The notes under the pieces were generated by a model. The model had not been told where the DNA came from. It searched no databases and was given only the letters and a program-made list of their open reading frames with translations. From contig OY843592.1 in NCBI GenBank assembly GCA_963692865.2, positions 160,001-224,000 of the forward strand: 64,000 nt of DNA, read 5' to 3'. This stretch comes from a bacterium. Lineage in GTDB: Bacteria > UBA8248. Position 1 is the first letter of the stretch; every line of letters starts with the position of its first letter. Both the position numbers and the translations under genes were made by a program. Below are positions 1 through 9,482 of this stretch, one piece after another.

Positions 1-2
1 AC

Positions 3-503
3 GCCCCCTTCATATTGGCGAACGACGTCCTCCAGGGGGAGGGGGAGCGCGCCGGGACCACCCTGAACCGGTTTCTGATCAACACCACTCTGGGAGTGGG
101 GGGACTGCTCGACGTGGCGAAGGGGATGGGTTTCGCGCATCACGACGAGGATTTCGGCCAGACCCTGGGCGTCTGGGGTATGGGAGAAGGGGTATACCTC
201 GTGCTCCCCATCATCGGTCCCTCGACAATTCGAGACGGCCTAGGCAAGGTGGGAGACGCCTTCATCAATCCGCTCAACTACATGAGCACCGCAGGCGACG
301 ACGCGGAGAAAGTTTTCTTCGGGCACAGCCACAACATGGCGGATTTTCTCTTCGGGCTGAGGCTCCTGGAAGGCATCGACGCGCGCGAGCGCCTCATCGA
401 ACCCATCGAACTGCTCAAGAAAGATCCCCTCGCCCTGGACTATTACACCCTGATTCGAAGCGTCTTCCTCCAGCACCGCAAGAAAGAGATCCTCAACAAA
501 TAA
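3..503 (+). CDS. mlaA: MlaA/VacJ family lipoprotein (5' partial; frame open from window edge)
   Basis: RFLINTTLGVGGLLDVA, EDFGQTLGVWG and YLVLPIIGPSTIRD motifs typical of VacJ/MlaA. Confidence 0.88.
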   Translation, partial: APFILANDVLQGEGERAGTTLNRFLINTTLGVGGLLDVAKGMGFAHHDEDFGQTLGVWGMGEGVYLVLPIIGPSTIRDGLGKVGDAFINPLNYMSTAGDDAEKVFFGHSHNMADFLFGLRLLEGIDARERLIEPIELLKKDPLALDYYTLIRSVFLQHRKKEILNK

Positions 504-569
504 TCGGCTCCGCCGGGCGCGCCGCCATCTCTCGCGCCATGCGCGGCATGGAGGGGAAACCGGGATTCA

Positions 570-1448
570 CTAGCCTATGTCCTTTCCCTCGTAGACTTCG
601 ATGACGCGGGCGGCGTCGTCTTTGCCCCAGCCCGCGTCCAGAGCGCGCTGGAACATCTTGCGGCCCGCCTTGACGATTTCGAGGGCGATTCCATTCTCCC
701 GCGCCAGCTCGATCGCCATGCCCATGTCCTTCACGAAAATTTCGACAGCCCCCCTCGGCGCAAAATCCCTCTCGAAGATCCTCGGCGCCGTCTGCTCAAG
801 CATCGCTCCGCGCACGGAGCCTTTCTCCAGACAGCGCATCATCGTTTCATGGGAAAGCCCGGCCCGCTCGCCGGTCAGGATTACCTCGGCCAGAAGCGCC
901 ACCGACGCGTTCACAAACAGGTTCGTGACTATCTTCATGGTGGCGCCCGTACCGCTCTCGCCCGTGTAGTCGAAGCCTGCGGTGATGGGTTCGAAAATAG
1001 GCCGGACGCGCTCGAAAACCTCCTTTTTTCCTCCCACCATCATGGTGATGGTTCTGTCCATCACCTTGGGATGCGAGCCCGAGATGGGGCAATCGAGCAT
1101 GTCGATCCCGTGCGCGCCGAGCCTTTTCGCCAATTCCGCCTGCCAGCTCGGAAACATGGTGCTCATCTCGATATAGATGATCCCGGATTTTCCGGCGGAG
1201 ACGACCCCCCGCTCCCCGAAGGCGTTCTCCTCGATGTGCTCGGGTTTCAAGAGAATCGAGCAGACGACGTCCGCGTTCTCGGCCACCTCTCTGCCCGAGT
1301 CGAACGGGCGGCCCCCGGCGTCCGCCAGCATCCGCTTGCGCTCCTCGTCCACGTCGTAGCCGCATACCTCATGACCGTCTTCCAGCAGAACCTTCGACAG
1401 GGCCAGCCCCATTTTCCCCAAGCCGATGTAACCAATCCGCCCACCCAT
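570..1448 (-). CDS. NAD(P)-dependent oxidoreductase, 3-hydroxyisobutyrate/6-phosphogluconate dehydrogenase family
   Basis: IGYIGLGKMG Rossmann motif, LDCPISG, G..MKIVTN with catalytic Lys; start placed at ATG 1448 after AGAGGA. Confidence 0.85.
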   Translation of the reverse strand: MGGRIGYIGLGKMGLALSKVLLEDGHEVCGYDVDEERKRMLADAGGRPFDSGREVAENADVVCSILLKPEHIEENAFGERGVVSAGKSGIIYIEMSTMFPSWQAELAKRLGAHGIDMLDCPISGSHPKVMDRTITMMVGGKKEVFERVRPIFEPITAGFDYTGESGTGATMKIVTNLFVNASVALLAEVILTGERAGLSHETMMRCLEKGSVRGAMLEQTAPRIFERDFAPRGAVEIFVKDMGMAIELARENGIALEIVKAGRKMFQRALDAGWGKDDAARVIEVYEGKDIG

Positions 1449-1588
1449 GGCTTCCATTCCTCTTTTGTGTGATGACGATTGTGATATACGAACCCCCCTT
1501 GTATCACGCTTCCTATTCGCACGCCTCTTTTCATGCGCGGGAGAATGCTGCAATATGGGGCGGAGATTTTATTCATCCGGAGGCTTTT

Positions 1589-2176
1589 TTGGAAATTCTA
1601 GTTCCCATCGTCATCGTGGGGTGCATCGCCTACGACATCGGTTCGGTCTCTCCCGCCTGGTTCGCCGCCAAGGCGCGGGGGATCGATTTGCGCATGTACG
1701 GAAGCGGCGCCCTCGATTTCGCGAACGCCTGGATGGTGCTGGGGGATCGCGTGGGCGCGCTGGTGTTCATCGCCGATTTCCTGAAGGCGCAGCTGGCGCT
1801 GGGTCTGGCCTGGTACATGAGCGACTCTCCATGGATCGTCGCTCTGGCCTGCGTCGCCGTGGTGGGCGGCGAAATGTGGCCGGTGTTTCACGGGTTTTGG
1901 GGCGGCGGACGCGGAACGGCGAGCACGGCGGGCGCGCTGCTCGGCGTATCGCCCATGTCCCTGGTTATCTGCGCGACCATCGCGCTGCTCGTCACTGCAG
2001 TAGTCGGCAGGCGCGACCACGCGGAACTCCTCTCCATATTGCTGCTGCCCGCCGTCGTCGTTTTCGTGAGCAAGGGAGACATTCCCCTCATGAGCACTAC
2101 CGTCGTCATCACCGCGCTGCTGCTCTGGAAACGCAGGGAGTTGGTAGAGGAGTTGCTCGGCATCGGGAAAGAGTAA
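1589..2176 (+). CDS. PlsY-like (glycerol-3-phosphate acyltransferase family) membrane protein with degenerate motifs
   Basis: GIDLRMYGSG, DFLKA and PVFHGFWGGGRG resemble PlsY; multi-TM; TTG start after GGAGG. Confidence 0.7.
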   Translation: MEILVPIVIVGCIAYDIGSVSPAWFAAKARGIDLRMYGSGALDFANAWMVLGDRVGALVFIADFLKAQLALGLAWYMSDSPWIVALACVAVVGGEMWPVFHGFWGGGRGTASTAGALLGVSPMSLVICATIALLVTAVVGRRDHAELLSILLLPAVVVFVSKGDIPLMSTTVVITALLLWKRRELVEELLGIGKE

Positions 2177-2200
2177 GACCAGACAAGCGAGTCTATAACT

Positions 2201-3199
2201 TCAGGGTTTCAGCACCACCTTGATGGCTGCGTCCGGCTGGTCCTGTATGGCGAACGCCTCGGGCGCATCATCCAGGTCGAGGGCATGGGAAATCAAGGGC
2301 CGGCGCTGGACCTTGCCGCTTTCGACAAGTTCGATGGCGCGGCGATAGTCGTCCCCCGTCCAGGTCCAGGACCCATAGATTTCAACGTGCTTGCGAACCA
2401 CCTGGTTGAAATTCAAATCCGCCGCGCGTTCGAACAGGGCGACGAATACCAAACGGCCGTATTCCTGCTTCAGCATGAGCAGGCCCTCATTCGGCGAAGA
2501 CGGCGCGCCGGCGCAGTCAATCACCAGGTCGGCGTTGCCGCCGCGAACGCCGAAGCGCTCCACCGGCTTCGCGCCGCCGGTAAGTTCGATCACGGCTTCC
2601 ACCGGGTCGGTTTCGGTCAGGTTGACGACCTCGTCAGCGCCGAGCCGCCTGGCCATGTCCAGGCGGCGTTCGGAAGAGTCTACGGCGATGATGCGGCAGT
2701 CGGCGCTCGCCCGGATGGCCTGGACGCAGCCGAGGCCGATAATGCCCGCGCCCAGTACAACCACCGTTTCACCGTCCGCGGGCCGTCCCAGGGACACGCC
2801 GTGCAAAGAGGTGGCCAGCGGTTCAAGCGTCGCACCTTCCTCGAAGCCGATGGACTCCGGCAGGACGTGCGGGCTGCGTTCGGTAACACGAACCGCCGCG
2901 TACTCCGCGAAGCCGCCGTGCCCCAACCCGGTGATGCGGTCCCCGACGGAAAAGCCGCCGACCTTCTCTCCCAACTCGACGATTTCGCCGCTCATCTCAT
3001 GACCCATAATGCGGCGTTTGTCGCCAATCCGGCGCCCCAGCACCTCGAACATGCCGAGGCGGTACATATGCAGATCGGAACCGCAAATGCCGCACGCCCT
3101 AACCCGCACCAAAACGTCATTATCGCCAGCACGCGGCCGCTCCACCTGCTCGACGTGGATGTCCCGAGGTCCGTGGTAAACCGCCGCTTTCATTCGCAT
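2201..3199 (-). CDS. Zn-dependent medium-chain alcohol dehydrogenase (sorbitol/threonine dehydrogenase-like)
   Basis: CGICGSDLH, GHE, EPLA, GAGIIGL; the four-Cys structural Zn lobe is absent. Confidence 0.88.
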   Translation of the reverse strand: MRMKAAVYHGPRDIHVEQVERPRAGDNDVLVRVRACGICGSDLHMYRLGMFEVLGRRIGDKRRIMGHEMSGEIVELGEKVGGFSVGDRITGLGHGGFAEYAAVRVTERSPHVLPESIGFEEGATLEPLATSLHGVSLGRPADGETVVVLGAGIIGLGCVQAIRASADCRIIAVDSSERRLDMARRLGADEVVNLTETDPVEAVIELTGGAKPVERFGVRGGNADLVIDCAGAPSSPNEGLLMLKQEYGRLVFVALFERAADLNFNQVVRKHVEIYGSWTWTGDDYRRAIELVESGKVQRRPLISHALDLDDAPEAFAIQDQPDAAIKVVLKP

Positions 3200-3302
3200 G
3201 CGTCGTCCCTCTTGCTTCGATTGCGCCGGGTCGCCTGAATCAGCGAATCATTGGGGCGGCCCGGTGCGGGAAAAGAATACAACCAGGCGACCGACCCTCA
3301 CA

Positions 3303-3537
3303 GGGGTTTTTGAAAAAGCCCCCCGAAGAGGGAAAGAACCCCGATCATCGAATTGTTTACCGTAGGGACAGGCCTCCGTGCCTGTCCTGACGGAGGCCTT
3401 CGTCCCGATGAAGACGCAGGACAACCGCGGAGGACAGGACAGGCACGGAGGCCTGTCCCTACAAAACCATCGCGTCCTCCCACGCAAAGAGAACCTCCAT
3501 ACCGCCTGCTTCCGAAACGGGCTTTTTCAACAGCCCC
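3303..3537. mobile_element. MITE-like element carrying an inverted GTAG-type REP pair
   Basis: Ends GGGGTTTTTGAAAAAGCCC / GGGCTTTTTCAACAGCCCC; flanks TCACA/TTACA; GTAGGGACAGGCCTCCGTGCCTGTCC at 3362-3387 and its exact reverse complement at 3437-3462. Confidence 0.75.
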
Positions 3538-4965
3538 TTACAATGCGGGACGCCGATTCCGCAACTCGGGGGTCGCCTTCTCGTAGGCGTGGACCGCGCG
3601 CAGCACCGCCGCCTCCTCCCAGGGTCGGCCAATCACTTGAAGCGAGAGGGGCATGCCCTCTTTTTCCGAAAACCCGGTGGGAACCACCGCCGCCGGGAAA
3701 CCCGTCAGGTTCTGGTGGGTGAGGAACGGCATGGTGAGCGCCAGTGAGTAGCCCACCTCCTCGCCGTTGATCACGGCCTTCAAATCGTCGAGTCGCGGGG
3801 CGATGCACGGCAGGGCGAGGGTGAGGATGACGTCCACCTGCTCGAATAAGTCGAGCACCTTGCGCCTTAGAATCTCGCGCTCGCGCCCCGCGCGGATGTA
3901 TTCGTCCAGATCGGCCCCCGTGAGGCTCGCCTCCACCCGCTCCCGCGTCGAGGCGCCGTAACCGTCCGGGTCCTGCTCATAGAGCGGCCTGTGGAACTCG
4001 GCGAATTCGCATTGGATGATGACGCGGTTCACGCGCATCAAGCGCTCCGCGTCGTCGAAGGGCAGCGTCTCGACCCGCGCCCCCGACTCCCGGAAGGCGT
4101 CGACGGCCCGCTCGAAGGCCCCCGCCACCTCCGCGTCCGCCTCGAAGCCGCCCGAAAGCCCGGGGCAAAGGCCCACCCGTAGACCTTCCGCGCCCTCATC
4201 GATCCGGGCGGAGAAGTCGGGAACCGGCATGTCGCGGCTATAGGAGTCCTCAGGGTCGTAGCCCGCCATCCCCTGCAAAAAAAGAGCGGCGTCGCGCGCG
4301 GAGCGGGCGATCGGCCCCACGTGGTCGTAGCTCAGGCAGTTGGGGCACACGCCGCGCAGGCTCACCCGCCCGTGCGTGGGCTTGAGTCCCACGAGACCGC
4401 ACAGCGCCGAAGGCCCGCGGATGGAGCTGCCCGTGTCCGTCCCGATGGCCGCCGGGCAAAGGCCCGCCGCGACCGAAGCGGCGGAACCCGTGCTCGATCC
4501 ACCCGTCATGCGGTCGGTGTCCCACGGGTTGCGCGCCGTGCCGAAGTGGACGTTTTCGCTCAGAGGACCTGAGGCGAACTCCTGTGTGTGGCACTTGCCG
4601 AGCAGAATCGCGCCGGCGCGCTTGAGGCGCGCGACGCACTCCGCGTCCGCATCGGGCACATTGTCTCGAAAAAAGCTCGACCCGCGCGTCGTCCGCACGC
4701 CCGAGGTGTCGATGATGTCCTTGACCCCGTAAGGGATGCCGTGCAAAGGGCCCAGCCTGCGGCCTGCGGCGATTTCCTCTTGCGCGCGCTTCGCCTCGGC
4801 CAGCGCGACTTCGGCCGTCACTTCGAGAAAGCCCATGATAACGGGATTGAGCGAATCGATGCGGCGCAGGAACGCCTCGACCACGTCGACGGGAGAGAGT
4901 TCTCCCGCCCCGATTCGCTCTGAAAGCTCGTGAAGCTCAAGCCGGCAAATATCATCTGCGCTCAT
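3538..4965 (-). CDS. Amidase signature family enzyme (GatA-like amidase)
   Basis: GPLHGIPYGVKD, TGGSSTGSAA, GTDTGSSIRGPS (Lys-Ser-Ser triad). Confidence 0.92.
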   Translation of the reverse strand: MSADDICRLELHELSERIGAGELSPVDVVEAFLRRIDSLNPVIMGFLEVTAEVALAEAKRAQEEIAAGRRLGPLHGIPYGVKDIIDTSGVRTTRGSSFFRDNVPDADAECVARLKRAGAILLGKCHTQEFASGPLSENVHFGTARNPWDTDRMTGGSSTGSAASVAAGLCPAAIGTDTGSSIRGPSALCGLVGLKPTHGRVSLRGVCPNCLSYDHVGPIARSARDAALFLQGMAGYDPEDSYSRDMPVPDFSARIDEGAEGLRVGLCPGLSGGFEADAEVAGAFERAVDAFRESGARVETLPFDDAERLMRVNRVIIQCEFAEFHRPLYEQDPDGYGASTRERVEASLTGADLDEYIRAGREREILRRKVLDLFEQVDVILTLALPCIAPRLDDLKAVINGEEVGYSLALTMPFLTHQNLTGFPAAVVPTGFSEKEGMPLSLQVIGRPWEEAAVLRAVHAYEKATPELRNRRPAL

Positions 4966-5016
4966 GGCATAGTCTCCCCGAAAACGCGCTCCGCCCTCCC
5001 GTAGGCCAGGAATAAA

Positions 5017-5703
5017 TCAACCCTCCGACCCGGCGGACGCCGGGAGCGCTTCTTCCGCATCTTCGGATGGGCCCTCTTTCGCCCACCAGCACTCGTTCAT
5101 GAAATCGGAAAAATCTTTTTTGTCGATCACGGCGGATTTGGTGAACAGGGTCATCTGGTCATCGCCTTCGAGGTCGGTCTCGAGCGCGTCGGTGAAGCGG
5201 TTCCACATGTTGAAATAGCCCGACACGAGCGTCGCCTCGACGATCTGGGCGTGATCGTAGTGTTTCTTCATGTTCTCAAGCGCATCGGGGTTCCGGGCGA
5301 AGGTGTATTTCGTCAGGTGATACGCCCAGGCGATGGCCGCCTTCTCGGCGTCGGTGAACAGGTCCGAATCCTGATACGCGTCGTCCCTCACGGCGTCAAT
5401 CTGGGCATCAGAAAGCCCGCACGCTCGACCGAACGTGACGTTGTGGGCCGTTCAGTACTTGCACCCGTTTTCCATCGAGGTCTTGAGGATCAAGAGCGCC
5501 TTGGTCCTGGCGTCGAGCACGTCTGTGATCTCCGCCCGGCACAGCGAGATCAGAAAGCCGAACAGCGGCTGAAGCATCCTCGGGCTGGCCGAACTCACGC
5601 GGATGGCGTTCGCCACGCGGCCGAACATCCTGCGGCTCGCGTCGAACACCACGGCGGCCTCGGGGCCGGCCTCCTCATCGCTCAGAATCGGTAGTTGCGC
5701 CAT
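5017..5703 (-). CDS. AhpD/carboxymuconolactone decarboxylase family protein; predicted selenoprotein (CxxU, TGA at 5454-5452)
   Basis: ORFs 5452-5709 and 5017-5391 are in one frame separated by a single TGA, giving NGCKY-U-TAHN at the NGCxYC site; SECIS-like hairpin follows. Confidence 0.82.
5415..5451 (-). promoter_or_regulatory. Bacterial SECIS-like stem-loop
   Basis: After UGA: GCCC..CACGUUC-GGUC-GAGCGUG-C-GGGC; apical loop GGUC begins 21 nt after UGA. Confidence 0.72.
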
Positions 5704-5825
5704 CGACATCTCCTCCTTATCAAGATTTCAAAATGAGAATTATATCCTTGAGTTTACGACTTCTTGGTGCTGGTCAATTCATAATTTCTTCTCCAAAACC
5801 ACTCCCTCATACCTGGGTTTCTCTC

Positions 5826-6005
5826 ACTCCCCCTTGAGGGAGTTGTTGAAAATGCCCACAGAAGGAGCACACCGATTTTCACTCCCCCCTTGAGGGTCTG
5901 GCTTCCCGAGGGGAAAGCCAGACCCTCAAGGGGGGAGTGGTTATATCGTTCCCCTTCGAATCCAGAACCCGGAATCCAACTGTCGGGTCATGTCTATAAT
6001 TCCCC
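5826..6005. repeat. Intergenic palindromic repeat cluster (ACTCCCCCCTTGAGGG...CCCTCAAGGGGGGAGT) plus a tail repeated in inverted form at about 10537-10619
   Basis: Inverted pair 5881-5938; related copies near 21323, 21496 and 43909; 5925-6005 aligns with the reverse complement of about 10537-10619. Confidence 0.6.
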
Positions 6006-6012
6006 TCAGAAT

Positions 6013-6753
6013 TCAGTTCACGGGCGGCCAGAGGCGGCGGCCCACGCTCGGGCTGCCGGGCGCGTGGACGAGCGATCTCACCACCCGGCCCGACCACCCG
6101 CTCTCATCGAGCGAGAGGCTCTCGTGCTTCTGGAAACCCTCCTCCCTCGCCTCGAGCGAGGTGAACTCGTACATGATCGAATGCTTGGCCCAGCCCGCGG
6201 CGGAGAGCAGCTTCCTCGCGCCGATGCACCCGGGCATCCCCTCCATGAACTTGAGGCGGTACTGCGCGTACCAAGCGCCCAAGTCGTGCTCCGCCTCCGC
6301 GTCCCGGGAGATGAACTGCCCCATCTGAATCGCGGGTCCGGGCGTGATGCCGGGACCTCTGGAGTCCACGTCGGGACCGTCGACGCGCGCCTCCTCGCTG
6401 AATATGCATTCGCGATATCCTTCGCGAAGGCCCAGCATGGCCCTCGCCTCGTCGTCGTGTTCTTTCGCGATATCCGCGAGTGTGGGATCAAAAAACACAT
6501 GGGGCGACACCGCCCCGAACAGGATCACGTACCCCGTGCCGCCGGGAAGCGCATCGGGCGCGGCGTATGTGAGGGCCGTGTTCTTCACCTGCTCCATCTG
6601 CGCCCCGTCGTGTTCGACCTCGTAATGCGCCGCCCACAGAAAGCCCGCCCGCTGCCGCATGGCGGGCAGGTGACGCCCGTGCAGCCAGGCGCAATAATCA
6701 TCTTTTTCGTCTTCGGGCAGATCGTACCAGGACGCCCAGATTCCTCGATCCAT
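6013..6753 (-). CDS. Tandem EthD/DUF4286-like dimeric alpha/beta-barrel protein
   Basis: Two repeats of a W...H/R...PG pattern (AWLHGRHLPAMRQRAGF; AWYAQYRL..MEGMPG); start MDRGIW at 6753. Confidence 0.6.
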   Translation of the reverse strand: MDRGIWASWYDLPEDEKDDYCAWLHGRHLPAMRQRAGFLWAAHYEVEHDGAQMEQVKNTALTYAAPDALPGGTGYVILFGAVSPHVFFDPTLADIAKEHDDEARAMLGLREGYRECIFSEEARVDGPDVDSRGPGITPGPAIQMGQFISRDAEAEHDLGAWYAQYRLKFMEGMPGCIGARKLLSAAGWAKHSIMYEFTSLEAREEGFQKHESLSLDESGWSGRVVRSLVHAPGSPSVGRRLWPPVN

Positions 6754-6785
6754 TATATGACTCCATCCAAAAGGTTGGTGAGACG

Positions 6786-7169
6786 CTACTGCACGAAGGT
6801 CGTGCCCGCCTTGTCCTGGTGGGAACAGTTCCCGTAGGTGGCGATGAGCTCGGCCGGCTCGGTCTCGCTCGGGTTCTCCTGCCCGTGCGGCTCGCCGGCG
6901 GGCGCGTAGCAGAAATGCCCCGCCTCGACAAGGATTTTTTCGGGATTTTCGGGATCCCCGCAATAGACGTAGATCGGCCCCTTGTTCACGTAAAACACCG
7001 CGTCGCACGTATGGGTGTGCATCTTGTTCTTCCCGCCGGGGGGGATGATGGTGCGCTGCATGGTCATGACCTTCGTGTCGGTCGTCTCGTCGTTCACCCC
7101 CCACATGATGGAGTAGGGAGGTTCGTAGGCGTTGTCCTTGTCCACGCTCATGGAATTGATGATCTTCAT
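6786..7169 (-). CDS. Cupin domain protein
   Basis: HTHTCDAVFYV..G and PAGEPH..EN cupin motifs; RBS AAGGAG. Confidence 0.85.
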   Translation of the reverse strand: MKIINSMSVDKDNAYEPPYSIMWGVNDETTDTKVMTMQRTIIPPGGKNKMHTHTCDAVFYVNKGPIYVYCGDPENPEKILVEAGHFCYAPAGEPHGQENPSETEPAELIATYGNCSHQDKAGTTFVQ

Positions 7170-7360
7170 GAATCCTGGTCTCCTTGAATCCGCACACCGC
7201 GGGGGCGGGGGCGCTCCTCCAAAAGGAGGGAATGAAAGTTTGCTACGGCCATCCGATTCGTGAATAATACGCAAATCCTTGGAACGAAACCACTTCATCG
7301 GGCGATGAGGAGCGCTCCCGGGTCGGCGGAAGATAACGACCCCATGAGACAGGACAGCCC

Positions 7361-7939
7361 ATGGCTTCGGACAACGAACCGGCGAACGCGCCAAGCCCCA
7401 CGATGCTGCGCCTGGAGATATGCCTGGCCGCGGCAATGATGCTCCTCGCGGCGGGCTTCGCCGTCTTCATGCCATATCTCATCGCGACGGGCGGCATCTC
7501 CGCCGCGCAGGATTTCCTCCGCCTCACGCCCGTCTTTTTCCCGAGGCTCGCCTTCGCCGTGCTGGCCGCCCTGTGCGCGTTCTATCTGATAGACGTCTGG
7601 CGAAGGGCGCGCCACGTCCAATCCGCCGAGAACCCGGGCGAGGCGGAACGCTTCGGGCGCGGTGTGCTGATGATCGTCATCGTCGCCGCCTATTCTCTTC
7701 TCGTCTCGGCGCTGGGCTACGGCCTTTCGACGCTTTTGATGGCGGGCGCCGTCATCTGGTACCTGGGCATCCGGCAGATTTGGATCGTCGCATCCGTCTC
7801 CATCGTAATGCCCATCGTCGTGCGCTTCATCTTCGAGAGATTGCTGCTCATCTCGCTTCCGAGGAGCGATTACGAGGCCATCGCCGTCGTCGAGGATGTG
7901 ATCATGAAGTTCCTCTCAGGCCTTTTTCTCGGGAAATAG
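7361..7939 (+). CDS. tctB: Tripartite tricarboxylate transporter small subunit TctB
   Basis: Multi-TM; FFPRL and IFERLLLISLP motifs; directly upstream of tctA. Confidence 0.78.
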   Translation: MASDNEPANAPSPTMLRLEICLAAAMMLLAAGFAVFMPYLIATGGISAAQDFLRLTPVFFPRLAFAVLAALCAFYLIDVWRRARHVQSAENPGEAERFGRGVLMIVIVAAYSLLVSALGYGLSTLLMAGAVIWYLGIRQIWIVASVSIVMPIVVRFIFERLLLISLPRSDYEAIAVVEDVIMKFLSGLFLGK

Positions 7940-7951
7940 GGAGACCCGGTC

Positions 7952-9457
7952 TTGCTCGACGCCTTCCTTCAAGCTTTCACCCTTCTGATGCGCGTGGACA
8001 CCTATCTCTACATCTGCGCGGGATTGACCATCGGCATGTTCGTGGGCGCGATGCCGGGCCTCACCACCATCCTCGCGATGTCGGTTCTCCTGCCGATTTC
8101 CTTCAAGCTCGAACCCATGCTCGGCATCCCTTTTCTGATCGGCATCTACAAGGGCGGCATCTACGGGGGCAGCATCCCGGCCATACTGGTCGGCATTCCG
8201 GGAACGGGCGCATCCATCGCCACCACCTTCGACGGCCCGGCGCTCACGCGCAAGGGCGAGGGTCGAAAGGCGCTCGAGATGGCATTGTTCTCCTCCACCA
8301 TCGCCGATACGCTGTCCGACATCTTCACTCTGGCGCTCATCGGCCCCATCGCCATCATCACACTCTTGATCGGCCCGCCGGAGGTGTTCGCCGTCATCAT
8401 CTTCTCGCTCGTGCTCATCGCGAGCGTTTCGAGCGATTCGGGCCTAAAGGGCGCCATCGCCGCCTGCATCGGCATGGGGCTCGGCTTCATCGGCACCGAC
8501 GCCACCACCGGCGCGACGCGCATGACGTTCGGCCTCGAAGCCCTGAGCGGAGGCATTCCGCTCATCCCGCTGGCCATCGGCATCTTCGCGATGCCGGAGG
8601 TGCTCGAGGCGGTCGAGACGCGCACCGTGCGCTTCATCAGCGAGCACGTGGACCTCGCCAAGGCGGGAGAACGCCTGCGCTGGCGCGAGTTCAAGGCGTC
8701 TATCCGCTCCATTTTGCGCTCGACCGCCATCGGGACGGGCATCGGCATGGTGCCGGGCGTGGGACAGGTGGTGGCCGCCTTCATCGGCTACAGCGCGGCG
8801 AAGCGCGCGGCGAAGAACCCGGAGAACTTCGGCAAGGGCGAACTGGACGGCGTCGCGGCGCCCGAGGCGGCGAACAACGCCGTGAACGGCCCCACGCTGG
8901 TCCCCCTGCTGACGCTCGGCATCCCCGGAGACAACGTGACGGCCATCCTGCTCGGCGCGTTCGTGGCGCACGGCATGCGGCCCGGACCCCAGATATTCCA
9001 GGAACAGGGCGCGCTCATGTACGCTCTCATCCTCACGATGGTGCTGGCGAACGTGCTGTTCTTCTTCCTCGGCTATGTCCTGCTCAAGCCCTTCGCCCGG
9101 GCCATCCAGTTCAAAAAAGCGTATCTCATCCCCGTCATCGTGGCGCTCGCCTTCGTGGGCACGCTCTCCACGGGAGCGAACACCGACGTGATCCTGATGG
9201 TCATCATCGGCGTATGCGCCTATATTCTCAGAAAATTCAAATTCGACCTGGCGCCCCTCATCATCGCCTTCGTGCTGGCCGAGCCGATAGAGTATCGTTT
9301 GAGCCAGTCGATGCTGTATGCTAAGGGAGCGCCGTTTTCGTACCTGTTCGTACAAAGACCGATAGCGTCCGCCTTTCTCATAGCGGCGCTGGTCTGGATC
9401 GCATTTCTCATTCTTCGCCCGATGTGGCAGCGCGCCAAGGGGTCCGCCGTCTCATGA
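7952..9457 (+). CDS. tctA: Tripartite tricarboxylate transporter large subunit TctA
   Basis: GAMPGL, YGGSIPAIL..IPGT, GVAAPEAANNA, PLLTLGIPG. Confidence 0.93.
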   Translation: MLDAFLQAFTLLMRVDTYLYICAGLTIGMFVGAMPGLTTILAMSVLLPISFKLEPMLGIPFLIGIYKGGIYGGSIPAILVGIPGTGASIATTFDGPALTRKGEGRKALEMALFSSTIADTLSDIFTLALIGPIAIITLLIGPPEVFAVIIFSLVLIASVSSDSGLKGAIAACIGMGLGFIGTDATTGATRMTFGLEALSGGIPLIPLAIGIFAMPEVLEAVETRTVRFISEHVDLAKAGERLRWREFKASIRSILRSTAIGTGIGMVPGVGQVVAAFIGYSAAKRAAKNPENFGKGELDGVAAPEAANNAVNGPTLVPLLTLGIPGDNVTAILLGAFVAHGMRPGPQIFQEQGALMYALILTMVLANVLFFFLGYVLLKPFARAIQFKKAYLIPVIVALAFVGTLSTGANTDVILMVIIGVCAYILRKFKFDLAPLIIAFVLAEPIEYRLSQSMLYAKGAPFSYLFVQRPIASAFLIAALVWIAFLILRPMWQRAKGSAVS

Positions 9458-9482
9458 GGGCACATCATCAAAGGAGACCATC

